DNA of 64,000 bases from NCBI GenBank assembly GCA_000002445.1, contig CP000068.1:288001-352000 (forward strand). Reading direction: 5' to 3'. The notes beneath the pieces are model-generated. The model was given only the letters and a program-made list of their open reading frames with translations, was not told where the DNA came from and searched no databases. A program made the translations under genes and the position numbers. Below are positions 52,220 to 63,684 of the stretch, piece by piece (the first letter of the stretch is position 1; each line of letters starts with the position of its first letter). This stretch comes from Trypanosoma brucei (taxonomy: Eukaryota).

Positions 52220-53032
52220 ATGGCCAGTAGCACGGATTCACCCCCTCCACGTGAGGTATTTCACGGGCCTCGCTCCATTAGCGCATCATCGAATCGTGCG
52301 CCATTATTTATTGTAAAAAATGGTACGTCGCGACACCAGTCATTGTCGCCACCGCCCACATGCGGCTCTCCGCTGTCAAACCCCGAGTGCGGTGATGTAA
52401 GCTGTAGAAAATTATATGGGCTCTCATCTACTGATTGCTCTAATTACCCAAAGAGTGAGTGTTACAGTAACTTCAGTGTTCCCTCTGGGTCTTCAAACAC
52501 ATGCCGTCACGAGCATTTCAAACCACCCGGCAGAAAGAGTTCTTTTCTTGATCGTGTGAAGGCTTTTCTGACTCCGTCGGGCCACCCAACGGTGCATTCA
52601 CAAATCATTAAACCGTCTGAACCCTTTGCTGAGGACTCTCCGGAGGATGTTGTGGTCTTCAATTCTGAAGCTGCAAAGGGTGGAAAGAGCGGTAAAAAGC
52701 AAGTCAGTGGCTCTTCCAGCGGAAGGGATGCCGGCTTTGATGTTAGGACGTCCTTCGAACCGACTCACATGTTTAAGGAGGAGTGGGAGGAGAGGCCTTA
52801 TGTGTCACACGACCATGTGCAGGCTGACGGGCAACATAAAATGCTTTATTTTTCTCTGGGAGATGGACACGTAAGAAAATTGCTCCGTGAAGAGGCAAAA
52901 TGTCGCAGACGTCTCGTGGAGGAAGGCATGACTGTGATGCGGGACATTGGCAGAACATATGTAGCGATGTCTCGTAGTGTCGCTGCTGAGGCATCGGCGG
53001 GTTTATTGGCGGACAGACATCGGGGAAAATGA
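52220..53032 (+). CDS. hypothetical protein (270 aa)
   Basis: ATG-initiated open frame on the + strand. No domain recognised. Confidence 0.4.
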   Translation: MASSTDSPPPREVFHGPRSISASSNRAPLFIVKNGTSRHQSLSPPPTCGSPLSNPECGDVSCRKLYGLSSTDCSNYPKSECYSNFSVPSGSSNTCRHEHFKPPGRKSSFLDRVKAFLTPSGHPTVHSQIIKPSEPFAEDSPEDVVVFNSEAAKGGKSGKKQVSGSSSGRDAGFDVRTSFEPTHMFKEEWEERPYVSHDHVQADGQHKMLYFSLGDGHVRKLLREEAKCRRRLVEEGMTVMRDIGRTYVAMSRSVAAEASAGLLADRHRGK

Positions 53033-53064
53033 TCGGTGACACTCTCTGCCGTGGGTCTGTCCAA

Positions 53065-53095
<31 letters not shown>

Positions 53096-54313
53096 GTGTT
53101 GAAAAATTACTTATTCGCACAGAAACATTCCTCACAATCCCGTCCTCGCGGCGACGTGATGCTCTTGGAAACTCCAGGAGAAAGAACAGGTGCCGTGCTT
53201 TTGGATTTCTCTGAAACAAGTGCCGACTTTAGGCAAGTACATGTGGTTCTTTTTCGTTGGCCGCTTCGTAGCGAATCGTATTGTCCTTTTCAGTAGATGT
53301 GTAACGCAATTGTATGCTACTAGCAATTACTTATTATTGTTATTGATTTTTTTAAAAATTTTGTTGGGTCATTTTTGGCAGTATTGGTCTCTTACTTTTC
53401 AAATGGTGCAGTAATGGGGAGGAGCGCGATGTGTAACATGCGTGTGTATTGTACACTCATGGAAAAGGAAAGGTGGGGGCTTCGAACGTATAATGTGGAT
53501 ATGAAGAGGAGGAGAGGAGGAGGGGGAAGGGAACATTAGTTTTGATGGAAGTTAAGATGAGAGGACCACAACAATGATGAAAGTGCTGCCGGTGTTTAAA
53601 GAAGGGGGTTTGGGACACTTCTTTCCAACCCTTTTTTGATCCGTGCTTTTGTTTCGTCTCCTGGTCCCTCCATCCTCGACTCCGAACACATCCGGCACTG
53701 TTTGTCACTTATATGCGTTTGCGTTTAACGGCTCACCTCTTTTTTTTTTTTTGAATCCCTGTGGTGCTAAAACAATGTTGAGCTGCCCTTCTCTTGCGCG
53801 TTGCGTGCGTGTCACCACAGTGCTATACATCACTTTATTTTATCTTATTTTATTGTATTTGTTTTGTTTCCAACGAGAGTTATCGGGGAAGCGGGGGGGG
53901 GAAGAGACGGCTGAGCGCAATGTTATAAATTGCCACAGTCGCTTCATTTCCCCATTTTTCTTATTTTTTCTCTCTTATTTTTTTTTTAAACAAGTTTTCT
54001 GAATGATGAAGATACCACTGTTGAATAAAATGTACGCATGAAAGTATTTTCTGTGTGGTTATGTATTTAATTTACTAGTCTACTTTCCCCATCTGTCCAG
54101 TCGTCTCAGCACCGTTCTTTGCTGTTCACGGCAGCCGCGGAAGCTACGCTTTCGTATTTTGTTTTCACTTTTGTTTGCTGTGATATTTATTTGTTTAAGC
54201 ATTTATATGAAAACCTTTTTTTTCTTTAAAAAAATTGAAAACTTGACTTATTCCCTACAACCCGGGTTTAAATGTCTCAGGAAAAAAATTTCTCGCCTTC
54301 TTTGCCCCCGTAG

Positions 54314-54354
<41 letters not shown>

Positions 54355-54603
54355 TACAGGAGGTGTTGAAGTGCTTTCATGTTCCCCTTACTTTCGGTTG
54401 TTTTGTGTTCGCTGCAATCGTACTGTTGGTGGTGAAGTTGCCGCTGTTTATATCTTTTCCTAAATTTCCGTTTCATTTATTTTATCTTCGCTAACTTATA
54501 TGCCTCTACGTGTCGTTTTTTCTTTCCCTGATCCTCACACATATTTTAAGTATTTGTCTTGCGGGAAGTCTAAATGATCATTTATACATTTGCATATTTG
54601 CAA

Positions 54604-54646
<43 letters not shown>

Positions 54647-55348
54647 ATATATCAACAGAAATGTATTGTTGCGTTTATGTTTGCTGTGTCTGTTTACCAC
54701 ACTGGAAACTCACGTATATATGCACTTCCTCATTTATTTTCGTCTACCGTACACATGCGTTTGCGCGACTAAAGGTAGGAAGTCAAGAGTTCATTACAAA
54801 CGGCACCAAAAGAAAGAAATTAAGAAATAGAGAGTAAACAAAAATCAGGAAAGTGTTGCCAAGGAAAAGAAAAAAGGGAGAAGTGTAAATAAGGCAGTAA
54901 ACAAATAGTGTGAAAGGGTAGTGCATTCCAAAAGTAACAGGAAAATAAGTAAATAAAAACATTGAAGGGTGCAATCACTACGAGTGAAAACAACATTAAT
55001 ACAAATAACGACAGTAACAATACAGCCCATACATATATATAAGAGGAAGCTGGAGAGGGGGAAAAAGCACAGCAATAGCAACTAAAAACACAAAACCGAA
55101 TCAAAAACAATAAAGCGGAAGTGAATCACAGCGTAAGGTAGAAGTAACGTGAGAAAACACAAACAGGGTGAGTACGCCGTAAAAGTAGCAGCGGCATAAC
55201 CGGCAGCAGTATCAGTGACAGCTTTAGTATCACAAAGGGAATTTATTTATCGTGAAACCGGCCAAAAAAAAAACACGGGAAAAACCCATCCCAAACAAGA
55301 AAAGGAACATATAAAAGGAAGGGGAGCTATTCACGAGCAGCCGTCATC

Positions 55349-56818
55349 ATGTCTGTCAGTTTTTCCACTCTGATTCAGCGGTCCCGCCCCTCTTCAAACC
55401 ATGCAACCACTAAACTTCTCAGCAATGTCCTTGCAAAGATTCCCCCAACGACACTCAGCACAGTTGGTAGCGGCGTGCGAGTGGCATGCGAGGAGAATCC
55501 CATCGCGTCTCTCGCTACTGTTGGTGTATGGTTGGATGCGGGAACTCGTCATGAACCTGCGCAATACGCCGGCACTGCGCGAGTCTTGCAAAAGTGTGGG
55601 TTTCTTGGTACTTCCAACCAAACCGCAGCACAAATCGCCGCAGCGGTGGACGAACTCGGTGGGCAGCTAACAGCAAACGTTGGCCGCGAGCACACACATT
55701 TGTATATGCGTGTCGCCCGCGAAGATACGGAGCGTGCTGTGTCTCTCCTGGCGGATGTGGTACGCAATGCCCGTTTGAGCGATGAGGATGTGGAGGTGGC
55801 GAAACAGGCGGTGCTACGCGATCAACATGACTTTGAACAGCGGCCAGATGACATTTGCATGGATAATCTTCACCGTTGTGCCTTCGACAGCACAACACAT
55901 GGGCCTGGTACACCGCTGTACGGCACAGAGGTCGGGACGACGCGTCTCAGCAATGCGCAGCTAAGAGAGTACCGTGACAAGATGCTTAGCGCCGGCCGCG
56001 TGGTGGTCGTGGGGAGCGGAGCTGTGAACCATACCGCTTTGGAACGGGCTGCGACCAGCGCGTTCGGGGACCTGCAGAAGGGAACTGTAACACTCGCCGG
56101 AGTTCCCGAAGCCCGGTTTGTGGGAGGAGAGTACAAACTGTGGAACTTGCGTTACAAGACTGTCCACATTGGATGGGCTTTTGAAACCTGTGGCGCAGCA
56201 TGCGAGGACTCCCTTCCGCTTGCACTCGCCTGTGAAGTTCCCGGTCCGTTCCACCGTTCCCAACATGAACTTGGACAGCATGCCATGCATCGTGTCCTAA
56301 AAACTTTCTCTTCGCTGGATCACAGCACTCCTACCAACACCCACTTCAACGAGAAGTGTATTGAAATTGCGAACCCTTTTCTGCACCAGTACAAAGACAC
56401 GGGGTTATGCGGAATGTATGTTGTGGGGCGGCCGGCTCAGGCGGGTCCTGGAGACGGCACGGCAATGATTGAAGTGTTTCAATACACCATCGCGGAATGG
56501 TGCCGCATCTGCCAGAAGATACTCCATGAACAGGAACTTGCTCAGGCCAAGGTGAACCTCAAGTCCCAACTGCTCTTCAACATGGACGGCAGCTCAAACT
56601 CTGCGGAGGATATTGGTCGGCAGGTACTTCACTATGGGCGCCGCATTCCGCTGGAGGAAATGTACGCTCGTATCGATGATGTGACACCAACAAATGTACA
56701 GGAGGTGCTTCAGCACTACTTCTACGGGCGGAAACCGGTGTACAGTTATCTTGGTTACTGTGCTAACATTCCAGGTTATGACTGGACACAACACTGGTCC
56801 TACAAGTACTGGTATTAA
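55349..56818 (+). CDS. M16 (pitrilysin) family protein of the MPP/cytochrome-bc1-core type, predicted non-catalytic because the HxxEH zinc motif is missing
   Basis: M16 N- and C-domain architecture. The sequence VGVWLDAGTRHEPAQYAGTARVLQKCGFLGTSN aligns to the GSRYE...GxAHFLEHMAFKGT region, but HFLEH is replaced by RVLQKC. REHTHLYMRV is present. 489 aa. Confidence 0.8.
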   Translation: MSVSFSTLIQRSRPSSNHATTKLLSNVLAKIPPTTLSTVGSGVRVACEENPIASLATVGVWLDAGTRHEPAQYAGTARVLQKCGFLGTSNQTAAQIAAAVDELGGQLTANVGREHTHLYMRVAREDTERAVSLLADVVRNARLSDEDVEVAKQAVLRDQHDFEQRPDDICMDNLHRCAFDSTTHGPGTPLYGTEVGTTRLSNAQLREYRDKMLSAGRVVVVGSGAVNHTALERAATSAFGDLQKGTVTLAGVPEARFVGGEYKLWNLRYKTVHIGWAFETCGAACEDSLPLALACEVPGPFHRSQHELGQHAMHRVLKTFSSLDHSTPTNTHFNEKCIEIANPFLHQYKDTGLCGMYVVGRPAQAGPGDGTAMIEVFQYTIAEWCRICQKILHEQELAQAKVNLKSQLLFNMDGSSNSAEDIGRQVLHYGRRIPLEEMYARIDDVTPTNVQEVLQHYFYGRKPVYSYLGYCANIPGYDWTQHWSYKYWY

Positions 56819-58243
56819 ATGATGGAGAAACGTTTTCGTCCCTTTTCCGTACTTAGTCTCTGTTATTATTATTACTATATATTTTTTTGTTTTAAATCTT
56901 CCATGTTGCGCACGTACATGTACACATATGTATTTGGTTTTTATGGCGTAGGTGATGACACCGCTGTTGTCCCTTTTTTTTTATTTTTATGAATCTATCC
57001 TGACGGATAGCGATAATGCGATTTTGCAGTTGCAGTAACTTTGATGGCGGCTGCGCCTTTTCCTTCCTCTCTGTTCACATATATGAGTAGTACAGCGGTA
57101 CCAGCAGCAGGAACAGAGAGTGAGGGAGATGTTTTTGTTATTTTTGTTTATTTTATTTGTGGTTACCATTTCCATCGCGTTGTCATCGCTCTTTTTTTTT
57201 TGTCCCCCCCTTCCTAAATGCACATGCGGGTCCGCCAATAAACCTCCTATTTTTCAGAAGCATGTGTCTCTCTCTCTCTCTATATATATATATATAGCTC
57301 AGAGGGAGAAGCAAGATTCCTTGTGGCGCCATGCACTGCTTGAAGTGTTTAAAAAGTTACTTACTCATCACTTACCTTTCAGTCTTATTGTTACATATGT
57401 TGGGAGGAGGAGGGGCAATTAACAACAGCAAAAATGAAACTCTTGGGGTTCCCGCAGCGGATTCGCTACGTAGAGAATCTAACATGAAGATGTACAATTG
57501 CGCGCGTGTTGATGTATTTTTTCTTTATTTGTTTCTCCGTTTGTTTTTTTTTCCTTTTTTGTGCCGCTTGATGGTTAGTGGGGCACACTTAACTAAGTCA
57601 CCCTTACTATTATTGTTATTTTTACAATCCTGGTACGTGTGCTCTTTCGGCATGCACGTGTCTGTTTGCCTGTTTTATTTTTCTTCCTTGTTTGTTCAGA
57701 AGATAGGGAGAGAGAAACCGTTCCCACATGTGCGTGTATGTGCTAGTTGCGGGTTATTTGTTAGAGAGGAACTATATTATTTATATTATTAAAATGTTAC
57801 CCTCAGTCCTCATCAAGGCTGAGGGATGTAGTGGACGTATCCTTGTGTGTGCTTGTGTCTGTTTGTTTTTATATTTTTATATCGTCCTAGTGAATTTGGA
57901 GGGGTGCAATGAGGAAAGAGAAGGGCGTGTGCGCTGCATGCGTGTTGAAATGAGTGTCGGGTTTCTCCAACTGTCTCTTTACCCACACCCATTTACTCAC
58001 CTCTGCACACTTTCCTGCTTGGTTTCTTCCTTTTCCTTCATCTTTCTATGTTGCCGTTTTCTTCTATTTGGTCATCCCTTTTTATCCCACTTTGATACCA
58101 CTTCGACGATCCCTGCTAAGATGGGGCTATTCACGGTGAAGATATCACTTTGCTTTCCCGCCTCCCACCCCTGTTATCACTGCCTTTTCGGCCACAACAG
58201 GAATAATAGTAGAAAATATTGTTGGTCCTTGCTATAGTTACAG

Positions 58244-60991
58244 ATGTCTGCAATCAAAGAACTTGTCGAAAGGAAGGTTAAACGAGGCCCGTATGCACAC
58301 CATGAGCTTATCATATGCCCAGGCTATTCTAATACGGGCAATGCAAGCACTAACACGAAGGGAAGTGCCGCTGCTTCCGATACCCGCAGCAACAGTCTCC
58401 CAGGTGTGGGTTCAAAGGGACATCGCTGTTGGTTATGCGCCTCTTTGGTAAAACCGATCGAACCGCAGGAGGTGCTGCTCTGTTTTCGATGCCTTCGCGT
58501 AGCTTTTCTTGACATAATTATGCCTCTCGTTGACAGCCCGGAGAGGCGGAAAGCTGATGCCAAGTTTATTTCGAAGATTAGCCGAGTAAAAGACACTGAA
58601 GGGACGACCCCGTTAGTGCCCAAGCTTCCAACTGTGGTGTCAGCGACCCCCCCAGCGGCAAATGAGGTACAATCCACGAATCACGTATCCCAGTCGAGGT
58701 CCACATTGCCATCCGATCCGTCCGGTCGCACTCAGTTGGCCAATGATAGCGGTCTTGGACGAGGTGTTGATTCCCACCGGTGTAGCAGCGCCTGGGCGCA
58801 CCGCAGATGCATTGAAGTGGGGGACCAAGGAACCCCTGCGGGCAATGGCCACGATGAGCTAACTGTCAAGTGTCCTGTTTGCCACGCTACGTGCAGCGCG
58901 ACTGACAAGCGACTAACACGTTGTTTGGATGGCAAAACGGTGCACCTCATTTGGGTTTGTTCCATGTGCAACACGACCAATACACAAAATAGTGATGAAT
59001 GTCATAGCTGCAAGGCGCCATTTGTGTGGCCGTGTTTGCAATGCGGTCTCACGCAGGAATCACCGTGCTGTGGAGATGAGCTTCGCATGTGTGTTGAATG
59101 TGAGGCTCTGAACACACCAGCAGATATACTTGCGTCACTGAAGCGAGCGTGTCTGGGCGGGGAGGGGGGCTATGCGGAAACGGATGGGGATCTCGGGTTG
59201 GATGACGAGGGAAATGATGGTACGGCGGGCGACGCGGATCTGGTGGGTTCGGTGTTTGGTGTGAATGACCTCGACACCGTAGCAGAGAAGGCTCGCCAGC
59301 GGGAGATTGTGGAGGGTCGTGCTCGGCTTCAGCGGCGTATGCGCCGGCTCGGTGTGGAAGCAAATGTTCAAGAATCCGATGGGAACTGCCTGTTCCGTTC
59401 GCTTGCAACTCAACTACTCGGTGACCCCGGTGCTCACATGACAATTCGCCGACTCGTGGTGGGTTACATGAAGGTTCGACAAGAGAGTTACAAGATTCTA
59501 TTCGATGGTGAGGAGGAGTGGAGCAATTACATATCTAACATGTACTGTAGTGGTTCGTGGGGTGATGAGCTTTGCCTCAATGCCGCGTGTCGGTGCTTCC
59601 GTGTGAATATTCATGTCATTACCAGCGCTGCCTCGGGGTGGCATTTGGTGTTCCAGTGTGATGATTTGCAGGACTCTGCAACAGCGCCGTATGGGGACTC
59701 CGGTCAAGGTAGGCTATTCGAAACAGCAGGATCGATTTGCCTTTTTCTTAATTACATTGCGCCTGTGCACTACGACGACGTGCCGGTGTTCCGGTCGCAG
59801 GTTATTTCATTGAATGCAAAGCTCACGGAGCAGCTCCAATATATGCTGGCTGAGGAGGGCCGCTCGCGTAGCCGCAGGGATGACGCGAGAAGGAGTGGAG
59901 CTGTCCGAGTCGGACAATTACAAAGTTGTCCATCAATAGGGGGAGAAGGACAGCCACTTCAAAAACTTGAGGAGCAGGGACAACGTTGTGCAAAACAGCA
60001 GCTAGAAAGCGATGAAAACAGTGCATGTTGTGTGGATGGAAAGGTGCAACAGCGAATGGATGCAAAACTACCACTACAGCTAAGTGGAGAGCAGCGACAG
60101 AAGACGGATGAAAAATACCTGACAGATACGTGTAGGGATCGACCGCGGTTAATAAATGAAGGATCGCCTCGGCCAGCCACTGGACACCCTCATCGGGCAT
60201 GCAACGATCACACTGTTCGCCAGATGAATACACACAAGCAGTGGCGAACGGGTGAGGAAATGTCACGGGATGTGGATGAGGGACGGTTGTGGTTGGCGAA
60301 CTCGGAAACCCTATCTCAAGGAACTGGGGACCGACAGAGAGGAATGGGTGAGCACCCCAAGCGCCTCATGAACGAAGAAATTATGCGCCAGGTGAATGGG
60401 CAGCAGCAGCAGCAGTGGGTGAATGAGGGGCACCGGCGACCACTGGATGAAAAATACCTGACAGATACGTGTAGGGATCGACCGCGGTTAATGAATGAAG
60501 GATCGCCTCGGCCAGCCACTGGACACCCTCATCGGGCATGCAACGATCACACTGTTCGTCAGATGAACACACACAAGCAGTGGCGAACGAGTGAGGAAAT
60601 GTCACGGGATGTGGATGAGGGACGGTTGTGGCGAATGAATCCACTCTCACTGCATCGGGGTGGTGAGGTTCAACAACCGGACCATTCCAGAGATCACCAG
60701 CCGCGCGCGCACGGGCTCCCGCAGCGAGCAGGCCGTCTGCATGATCCTCACACGCCCCGGGAGCAGTCGGTTAGTGGTCAGCAGCACCGGCAGTGGGTTT
60801 TGCCACCCCCTGCACCAGGCTGTAACAATGAGTTCACATTGCCCATTCCCAGTCGCCCCAATACCATGCGTCAGTTTCGAGAGAGTAGGCCATCAACGTT
60901 ATCTTCTGACTCGGCAGTAGCTTCCACGGGGTTATTCCCTAGACCTAACGGACAGAACTGGCCACTGGGAGATTTGCGAGGCCCTCATTAG
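58244..60991 (+). CDS. OTU-domain deubiquitinase with an upstream RanBP2/NZF-type zinc finger (TRABID/ZRANB1-like architecture) and a long repeat-containing C-terminal tail
   Basis: RanBP2 zinc-finger consensus W-x-C-x2-C-x3-N-x6-C-x2-C in WVCSMCNTTNTQNSDECHSC, plus additional Cys-rich modules. OTU Cys box QESDGNCLFRSLATQL and His box APVHYDD. Confidence 0.75.
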   Translation: MSAIKELVERKVKRGPYAHHELIICPGYSNTGNASTNTKGSAAASDTRSNSLPGVGSKGHRCWLCASLVKPIEPQEVLLCFRCLRVAFLDIIMPLVDSPERRKADAKFISKISRVKDTEGTTPLVPKLPTVVSATPPAANEVQSTNHVSQSRSTLPSDPSGRTQLANDSGLGRGVDSHRCSSAWAHRRCIEVGDQGTPAGNGHDELTVKCPVCHATCSATDKRLTRCLDGKTVHLIWVCSMCNTTNTQNSDECHSCKAPFVWPCLQCGLTQESPCCGDELRMCVECEALNTPADILASLKRACLGGEGGYAETDGDLGLDDEGNDGTAGDADLVGSVFGVNDLDTVAEKARQREIVEGRARLQRRMRRLGVEANVQESDGNCLFRSLATQLLGDPGAHMTIRRLVVGYMKVRQESYKILFDGEEEWSNYISNMYCSGSWGDELCLNAACRCFRVNIHVITSAASGWHLVFQCDDLQDSATAPYGDSGQGRLFETAGSICLFLNYIAPVHYDDVPVFRSQVISLNAKLTEQLQYMLAEEGRSRSRRDDARRSGAVRVGQLQSCPSIGGEGQPLQKLEEQGQRCAKQQLESDENSACCVDGKVQQRMDAKLPLQLSGEQRQKTDEKYLTDTCRDRPRLINEGSPRPATGHPHRACNDHTVRQMNTHKQWRTGEEMSRDVDEGRLWLANSETLSQGTGDRQRGMGEHPKRLMNEEIMRQVNGQQQQQWVNEGHRRPLDEKYLTDTCRDRPRLMNEGSPRPATGHPHRACNDHTVRQMNTHKQWRTSEEMSRDVDEGRLWRMNPLSLHRGGEVQQPDHSRDHQPRAHGLPQRAGRLHDPHTPREQSVSGQQHRQWVLPPPAPGCNNEFTLPIPSRPNTMRQFRESRPSTLSSDSAVASTGLFPRPNGQNWPLGDLRGPH
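60103..60636 (+). repeat. Internal direct duplication inside the OTU gene tail. Two ~190-bp copies (60103-60291 and 60446-60636) are separated by ~155 bp.
   Basis: Both copies encode DEKYLTDTCRDRPRL(I/M)NEGSPRPATGHPHRACNDHTVRQMNTHKQWRT(G/S)EEMSRDVDEGRLW. The minus-strand ORFs 59959-60180 and 60316-60519 start with identical peptides. Confidence 0.85.
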
Positions 60992-62970
60992 TGCTTCATC
61001 AGGCACAACATGCATGGCTATCCTGAAGATGATCCCGTTTAAGTCGCAGGGTGAGGAAAATTAAACCTTCTGCGGTAAGGGTTTTGTGCCGGCATGTTGG
61101 ATTTGGAGGAAAAAAAATGATCAATATTTACTTGTGTGTATGTGTGCCTGAGGAGTGTGCTGGTGTTGGAAGGGAGGAGGAGGGGGAGGTGTTTGCTTAC
61201 CAATGAAGTTAGCAGTTTTTTTTTTACTTTTTTCATTTTTTTTGTTTGATCTATCACATAATGCAGTCAAAGGCATGCGTGGATGGTGCCTGTTAATTCA
61301 ACGCTTGTTAGGTGGACAGGATATGATCTCTCCACATGAATGCACACACGGAACAGCTGGCCCAAGAAAAATGCAGAGTAAGGTTATGTGTATATATATA
61401 TGTATGTGTGCGTGCTGGTAATCCTATATAAATAATAATTACCTAAGCGAGACTAGCCGGAACGGGATAACTGTTTGGCCCTCGGGAGCCCCTGACGCAC
61501 TGGTAGCGGCACCGTTTCCGCTTTATGTTCATGTGCGTGCAAAAGGGGGAGGGGAAAGAAATGTGGGGATATACCTGACCTCTGTGGTGTGTTGGTTAGG
61601 TTCTTCCACTTTACTTTTATCTCCTTTTTTTGTTTTTCAAAAGCCTTCTCTGTTAAAAGTTCACCCTTTAAAACCTTTCTTTTAGTCGCTTCATTTTGCT
61701 CCTTCATTTTGCGGACTTGTTTTTTGTGTCTTCTTACCTCTAATTTTTCATTTTTTGGGATCGGGATTGCGCTGTACCTCAGTTGTGGCACTCGTCATTT
61801 GTAGTGTATTTGCTTGTACATACATTACACTATGTATTGCGCCGTATGCATTAAACTGTGAGGTTTTGTGTGTGTGTGTGTATGTTATGTGTTTGTGCTT
61901 GCGTCTGCTTTGAAGGAATGCCGGAAAAATCGGGGAGTTGGAGTAGGATGAGAGTCAGCAGGGGAATTTGGGCGTTACGTTCTTAAATCCTTTTGGCAGT
62001 TGTTACTGGTGCGCTCTTCCAACAAGCACTACTTCGACCTGAAGGGAGGGGGAGGGAAAAGAAAAAAAAGGCACGCGTGGGTGAATGAAGGGATGGATGA
62101 GGGAGAAGAAAGTTGTACGCGGAGAAGATGTGTTTCTTTTTGTTACATGGAGGCTCTGGATGCTTTTCCCGCTCTGTGTGAAATGAAGGTCTCTTCCTTC
62201 CCTCCTTCGCTCCCATTCTCTTTCCTCCCCCCCCTACCCAAGTGAACTGCCCTTTCACTTCTGTTTGTGACCTTTCCAATCTGATCCGCCGATGTATGCT
62301 TCACAACTTTACAACTTCTCTCAATTTCTTTGTTTTGCTTTGTGCTGCATTCACCCAATTTCACTTGTAGGGCTTTCGTTTCTGATAGGCGTTGATTGCT
62401 CGTATGGTTTTTTTTGTGTTTGTGTGTTTTTATGTTTGATGTTCTTTCCCCTGCTGTTTTGTTATTTTTGTGCCCCTCCTTTCCCCCTCCTCTTTGTTTT
62501 GTCTTGTTTCTCACGAGGTGGAGTTGGTCGATGTTTGTATATCATGCGGCACATCGGTTTTTACCTTGTCGCCGCACGTTTCGTTCCCCTTGGCATATTT
62601 TTTAAAATTCACACATGCGTTTTGAGTATTGACGTGATCTGTACACTACGCCTACCCATTGGCCTGTTTCAGCACTATTCTCTGCGGTTGTGCTGCGCTG
62701 GATAACGCTTTGTTTTCTTTATTTTAAAGCATAGGCGGTGAAATTGACATTTCTTCACCACAAAGAGAGCACGGGAAAACCGTAAACCCTGAAGTGACGG
62801 GAGCTCAAAGGAAGACATCGAAGAAGAAGGAGGGTGCGTGTGCGTGTGGGAAAAAGTTCAGTGAGTTTTTTTCTCCTTCTTATTTTACTTCCTTCTCAGC
62901 TAATCATAAACTGGCTGTTTCAGGAATACGAAGGGGAGGCGTTTGTGCACCTCGTACACCTTTTGCCACC

Positions 62971-63684
62971 ATGCTCGACACGAGTGGCAGCCCCGATGGG
63001 TTCGGTGATTACACGGCACCTTCCAAACGTGGTGTGCTGTTTTTTTCCACCGTGCCGCGAGACATGCGGCCGCAGGAGGTGGAGCGTCATTTCGGGCGAT
63101 TCGGCACCATCACACGTCGCAAGTTCACTCCGTTTCCAAGGAAGGAACGCCGACCCAATGGTCCACTCCTTCCTCTACAGTTCATGCGCGGGTACATTGA
63201 GTTCTCCAAGGCGGAGGATGCGGAATATGCGGCTGCTGCCATGAATGGAACCCCTGTGGACTGCAAGCGGCGGCGTCGCTGCAGTGGACAGCTGTGGACT
63301 GTCAAATATGAGAAAGGTTTCACATGGGATGTGTTGCTGGAGGAACGGGAGGCCGCTGTGCGTTCGAGACGTCAGCGTGAGGTAGAGGCGAGAAGCCAAG
63401 AGAGGGAAATAAATGAGGCATTTCGTGCCGCTGTGGCGAAGCGACTCGCAAGTCGAGCAAAAAACAGGAAAGGGGACGGTGCCGCAAAGGTATCGACTGC
63501 AGGTGGTGGCGAAACGCTCGTAAACCGAGATGATAACTCGAAATGTAAGCGGGAGCCGGGCAATGATGATGTTGATGAGTCGCGGACGAAGCGCAAGAGA
63601 TCCCGGGTTGAGGCCACTTCATCGACCAGTGATGCCACAAATGCTTCCAAAGATTTAAAAAAGAAGAAAGTAAAAAAAAATTAA
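62971..63684 (+). CDS. ESF2/ABT1-family RRM-like pre-rRNA processing protein
   Basis: The track start at 62794 is GTG; the ATG is at 62971 (MLDTSGSPDG...). QLWTVKYEKGFTWDVLLEEREAAVRSRRQRE parallels the ABT1/ESF2 segment [30 protein letters not shown]. An RRM-like block precedes it (VLFFSTVPRDMRPQEVERHFGRFGTI). Lys-rich C-terminal tail. Confidence 0.65.
   Translation: MLDTSGSPDGFGDYTAPSKRGVLFFSTVPRDMRPQEVERHFGRFGTITRRKFTPFPRKERRPNGPLLPLQFMRGYIEFSKAEDAEYAAAAMNGTPVDCKRRRRCSGQLWTVKYEKGFTWDVLLEEREAAVRSRRQREVEARSQEREINEAFRAAVAKRLASRAKNRKGDGAAKVSTAGGGETLVNRDDNSKCKREPGNDDVDESRTKRKRSRVEATSSTSDATNASKDLKKKKVKKN

Noticed and set aside
53563-53660. Possible C/D-box snoRNA (aATGATGAaag...) in the 2.3-kb intergenic region
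   Set aside because: Only a C-box-like heptamer is present. No properly placed CUGA D box or terminal stem was found by eye, so there is not enough to call an RNA gene.
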